Below are positions 29,110-32,000 of a stretch of 32,000 nucleotides of DNA, in pieces (the stretch's first letter is position 1; each line of letters begins with the position of its first letter). The notes beneath the pieces were generated by a model. That model worked only from the letters and a program-made list of their open reading frames with translations. It was not told the origin of the DNA and did not search any database. This DNA comes from Cereibacter sphaeroides 2.4.1 (GTDB lineage Bacteria > Pseudomonadota > Alphaproteobacteria > Rhodobacterales > Rhodobacteraceae), in NCBI RefSeq assembly GCF_000012905.2, contig NC_007493.2, forward strand, positions 390,001 to 422,000, written 5' to 3'. The position numbers and the translations under genes are program-made.

Positions 29110-30042
29110 ATGACCGACATCCGTATCACCGGGATCCCCAAGGAGGCCGGATTTGGCGACTATGTCGCCCTCCTGAAGCCGCGCGTCATGTCGCTCGTGG
29201 TCTTCACGGCGCTGGTGGGTCTTCTGGTGGCGCCGGTGACGGTCCATCCGATGATCGCGCTGACGGGGATCCTGTTCATCGCGCTCGGTGCCGGGGCCTC
29301 GGGCGCGCTGAACATGTGGTGGGACGAGGATATCGACCGGGTGATGAAGCGCACCCGGAACCGGCCGGTGCCCTCGGGCACTGTGGCGCCGGGCGAGGCG
29401 CTGGGGATCGGGCTCGCGCTCTCGGGCATCGCGGTGGTGATGCTGGGGCTGGCCACCAACCTCTTCGCCGCGGGGCTGCTGGCCTTCACCATCTTCTTCT
29501 ATGCCGTCGTCTATTCGATGTGGCTGAAGCGGACGACGCCGCAGAACATCGTGATCGGCGGCGCGGCGGGGGCCTTCCCGCCCATGATCGGCTGGGCTGT
29601 GGCGACGGGCGGCGTCTCGGTCGAGTCGCTCTTCATGTTCGCGCTCATCTTCATGTGGACGCCGCCGCACTTCTGGTCGCTTGCGCTCTTCATGAAGTCC
29701 GACTATTCCGACGCCGGCGTGCCGATGCTGACCGTGACCCACGGGCGGCGGGTGACGCGGGCGCATGTGCTGGTCTATTCGCTGCTGCTTGCGCCGCTGG
29801 CGGTGGCGGGCGCCTTCACCGGAATCGGCGGACCGCTCTATCTCGCCACGGCGCTGGCACTGAACGGCTGGCTTCTGGTGGGCGCGGTGCGGATCTGGCG
29901 GCGCGACGAGGCGCAGGCCGAGGCCGACCGCTACCGCGTCGAGAAGGGCTTCTTCCGCTTCTCGCTCTATTATCTCTTCCTGCATTTCGGGGCGATCCTC
30001 GCCGAGGCCGCCCTGAAGCCCTACGGACTGGGAGGCTGGTGA
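29110..30042 (+). CDS. ctaB: Protoheme IX farnesyltransferase (heme O synthase, Cox10/CyoE family)
   Basis: Track ORF, 310 aa. UbiA-family motifs are NMWWDEDIDRVMKRTRNRP and a second Asp-rich region. AGGGAGAG lies upstream. Confidence 0.95.
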   Translation: MTDIRITGIPKEAGFGDYVALLKPRVMSLVVFTALVGLLVAPVTVHPMIALTGILFIALGAGASGALNMWWDEDIDRVMKRTRNRPVPSGTVAPGEALGIGLALSGIAVVMLGLATNLFAAGLLAFTIFFYAVVYSMWLKRTTPQNIVIGGAAGAFPPMIGWAVATGGVSVESLFMFALIFMWTPPHFWSLALFMKSDYSDAGVPMLTVTHGRRVTRAHVLVYSLLLAPLAVAGAFTGIGGPLYLATALALNGWLLVGAVRIWRRDEAQAEADRYRVEKGFFRFSLYYLFLHFGAILAEAALKPYGLGGW

Positions 30043-30043
30043 C

Positions 30044-30220
30044 ATGACCATCCGCGCCGAACACGAGATCCACCGCCGCAGGCTCGGCCGCAATCTGGGC
30101 GTGGGCCTCACGCTCGCGGCCTTCATCCTCGTGGTCTTCGGCCTGACGGTCGCCAAGGTCTCGCAGCTGGGCGAGCAGGGCGCCTTCGCCCATGCCCCGC
30201 CGGGGGCCATGGGGCAATGA
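30044..30220 (+). CDS. Small single-pass membrane protein (58 aa) between ctaB and ctaG
   Basis: Below the track's size cut-off and found by hand. The ATG at 30044 is 1 nt after the ctaB stop, with GGAGG 8 nt upstream (30031-35). Translation is MTIRAEHEIHRRRLGRNLGVGLTLAAFILVVFGLTVAKVSQLGEQGAFAHAPPGAMGQ. Its stop overlaps the ctaG start as ATGA (30217-30220), and third-position G/C bias is high. Confidence 0.65.
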   Translation: MTIRAEHEIHRRRLGRNLGVGLTLAAFILVVFGLTVAKVSQLGEQGAFAHAPPGAMGQ

Positions 30221-30792
30221 GCCTCTCGCCGCATCAGAAGACCGCGGGGGGCCTCGTGCTCGTCGTGGCGGTGATGGGGGCGGCCTCGTTCGCGGCCGTG
30301 CCCTTCTACAACTGGTTCTGCCGGGTCACGGGCTTTGCGGGCACGACCGCCGTCGCCACCGAGGCGCCGGCCGAGGTGCTCGACCGCACCGTGAAGGTCC
30401 GGTTCGACGCCTCGCGCGAGGCGGGGATGCCGTGGGAGTTCCGCCCGCTCCAGCGCGAGATGAAGCTGAAGATCGGCGAGACGGGCCTCGCCTTCTACGA
30501 GGCCTACAATCCCACGGACCGCACGGTCGCGGGCACCGCCAGCTACAACGTGACGCCCGATGCGGCGGGCGGCTATTTCGCCAAGATTGCCTGCTTCTGC
30601 TTCACCGAGCAGGTGCTGGCGCCCGGCGAGCGGGTCGAGATGCCGGTGACCTTCTATGTCGATCCCGCCATCATCGACGATCCCGACGGGCGCTACGTCC
30701 GCCAGATCACCCTGTCCTACACCTTCCACGAGACCGCACTGACCGAGGAACAGGCCGCACTTGCCGCCGAGTCCGCGACCGACGTGAACTGA
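30217..30792 (+). CDS. ctaG: Cytochrome c oxidase copper (CuB) assembly protein CtaG/Cox11
   Basis: Track ORF, 191 aa. It has an N-terminal TM followed by VPFYNWFCRVTGFAGTT and the Cu-binding CFCF motif. Confidence 0.95.
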   Translation: MSLSPHQKTAGGLVLVVAVMGAASFAAVPFYNWFCRVTGFAGTTAVATEAPAEVLDRTVKVRFDASREAGMPWEFRPLQREMKLKIGETGLAFYEAYNPTDRTVAGTASYNVTPDAAGGYFAKIACFCFTEQVLAPGERVEMPVTFYVDPAIIDDPDGRYVRQITLSYTFHETALTEEQAALAAESATDVN

Positions 30793-30819
30793 TCCAGAGA
30801 CGCCACCCCGGGGGGAACC

Positions 30820-31620
30820 ATGGCCCACGCCAAGAACCACGACTACCACATCCTGCCGCCCTCGATCTGGCCCTTCATGGCCTCGGTCGGAGCCTTCGTC
30901 ATGCTGTTCGGCGCCGTGCTCTGGATGCACGGCTCGGGGCCCTGGATGGGGCTGATCGGGCTCGTCGTGGTGCTCTACACGATGTTCGGCTGGTGGTCCG
31001 ACGTGGTGACGGAAAGCCTCGAGGGCGACCACACGCCGGTGGTGCGTCTGGGCCTGCGCTGGGGCTTCATCCTCTTCATCATGTCCGAGGTGATGTTCTT
31101 CTCGGCCTGGTTCTGGAGCTTCTTCAAGCACGCGCTCTATCCGATGGGGCCCGAGAGCCCGATCATCGACGGGATCTTTCCGCCCGAGGGGATCATCACC
31201 TTCGATCCGTGGCATCTGCCGCTCATCAACACGCTGATCCTGCTCTGCTCGGGCTGCGCGGCCACCTGGGCGCACCATGCGCTGGTGCATGAGAACAATC
31301 GCCGCGACGTGGCCTGGGGGCTGGCGCTCGCCATCGCGCTCGGCGCGCTCTTCACGGTGTTCCAGGCCTACGAATACAGCCACGCGGCTTTCGGCTTCGC
31401 GGGCAACATCTATGGCGCCAACTTCTTCATGGCGACGGGATTCCACGGCTTCCACGTCATCGTGGGCACGATCTTCCTGCTCGTCTGCCTGATCCGGGTG
31501 CAGCGCGGCCACTTCACCCCCGAGAAGCATGTCGGCTTCGAGGCGGCGATCTGGTACTGGCACTTCGTCGATGTGGTCTGGCTGTTCCTCTTCGCCTCGA
31601 TCTACATCTGGGGCCAGTAA
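30820..31620 (+). CDS. ctaE: aa3-type cytochrome c oxidase subunit III
   Basis: Track ORF, 266 aa ([19 protein letters not shown]...[21 protein letters not shown]). This matches R. sphaeroides CoxIII as I remember it. Confidence 0.95.
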   Translation: MAHAKNHDYHILPPSIWPFMASVGAFVMLFGAVLWMHGSGPWMGLIGLVVVLYTMFGWWSDVVTESLEGDHTPVVRLGLRWGFILFIMSEVMFFSAWFWSFFKHALYPMGPESPIIDGIFPPEGIITFDPWHLPLINTLILLCSGCAATWAHHALVHENNRRDVAWGLALAIALGALFTVFQAYEYSHAAFGFAGNIYGANFFMATGFHGFHVIVGTIFLLVCLIRVQRGHFTPEKHVGFEAAIWYWHFVDVVWLFLFASIYIWGQ

Positions 31621-31771
31621 GTCCGACGCCGGACTGGGGGCCGCTGCGCCGAGCCTATGGACCCACCGGGCCAGCACGCGGGCTGTCGGGCCAGGGAACT
31701 CCGGTGTCCAGCTCGGGTAGCAGGGGAGGGTCCGGGAACTGCACCCTTGCCAGCCGCCTCCCCCGGGATCA

Positions 31772-31801
31772 GAAAGCGCGGGCCGCGAGGCCCGCGCTTT
31801 C
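31772..31801 (+). terminator. Perfect 13-bp stem-loop gaaagcgcgggcc-gcga-ggcccgcgctttc between ctaE and surf1
   Basis: Read directly. It lies about 150 nt after the ctaE stop and ends 19 nt before the surf1 ATG, immediately upstream of its GAGGAG RBS. It could be a partial terminator or an attenuator. Confidence 0.45.
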
Positions 31802-31820
31802 CGCATCGAGGAGCTGCCCC

Positions 31821-32000
31821 ATGATCCGCCGGATGATCCTGCCCCTTCTCTTCGGCCTGATCGGGGCGGCGATCCTCGTGTCGCTCGGCCTCTGGCAGGT
31901 GCAGCGGCTCCAGTGGAAGGAGGGGGTGCTGGCCGACATCGAGGCCCGCGTCGCGGCTCCGCCCGTGACCCTGCCCGAAGCGCCCGAAGCTGCGCGCGAC
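31821..32000 (+). CDS. surf1: SURF1-family cytochrome oxidase biogenesis protein, first 60 codons; continues beyond the right edge
   Basis: Hand translation gives MIRRMILPLLFGLIGAAILVSLGLWQVQRLQWKEGVLADIEARVAAPPVTLPEAPEAARD. The LGxWQxxRLxWK signature of SURF1/Shy1 is present. GAGGAG lies 7 nt upstream. It occupies the expected position after ctaE. Confidence 0.8.
   Translation, partial: MIRRMILPLLFGLIGAAILVSLGLWQVQRLQWKEGVLADIEARVAAPPVTLPEAPEAARD

Noticed and set aside
28927-31806. 959-aa - strand ORF covering the whole cox operon; the same applies to 4460..6442, 6139..7497, 19528..22161 and 25080..26609 on the - strand and 3251..4690 on the + strand
   Set aside because: They lie opposite unambiguous genes (ctaB/ctaG/ctaE, trpS, the rhomboid-like gene, murJ, the ydeP-like gene, the ADH and the trpS-coupled hypothetical). 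They show shadow-frame composition and have no RBS-supported starts.

Overview
High-GC alphaproteobacterial chromosomal DNA (roughly two-thirds or more G+C by eye, not computed). The CoxII, heme O synthase, Cox11 and CoxIII proteins at the right end match my memory of the Cereibacter (Rhodobacter) sphaeroides aa3 cytochrome c oxidase coxII/coxIII operon. The window is therefore probably that species or a close relative. I support 30 protein-coding genes, two of them truncated by the window edges. Two real genes are absent from the ORF track: partial acnA, which has no in-window stop, and a 58-codon gene between ctaB and ctaG. The track labels GTG and TTG starts as M and always reports the longest ORF, so I re-derived many starts from RBS position, signal peptides and 4-nt ATGA/GTGA couplings. 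Gene order: acnA(-), DUF1223(+), hypothetical(-)/trpS(-), rhomboid-like(+), murJ(-)/glnD(-)/lpoA-like(-), rsmI(+)/yraN(+)/gshB(+), comM(-), feoC/feoB/feoA/feoA(-), DUF892(-), ydeP-like molybdoenzyme(-), nadE-cinA fusion(+), mog(-), Zn-ADH(+), tldD(-), ctaC-ctaB-orf-ctaG-ctaE-surf1(+). I saw no rRNA, tRNA, CRISPR array, transposase, integrase, phage gene or recognisable defence gene. This is core housekeeping DNA, and I did not find a convincing novel multi-gene system. The best leads are single-locus oddities. (1) A NAD+ synthetase (NadE) is fused in one ORF to a CinA-C/PncC NMN-deamidase domain. (2) A rhomboid-fold protein has the catalytic Ser and His (and the Asn) replaced. (3) There are two FNR-type boxes: a perfect one between tldD and ctaC, and one with class II spacing in front of a feoA-feoA-feoB-feoC operon. 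(4) The 3' end of an uncharacterised trpS-coupled gene is duplicated. (5) There is a ~500-bp non-coding gap carrying twin GC palindromes. The many very long ORFs in the track that lie opposite real genes are high-GC antisense shadows.
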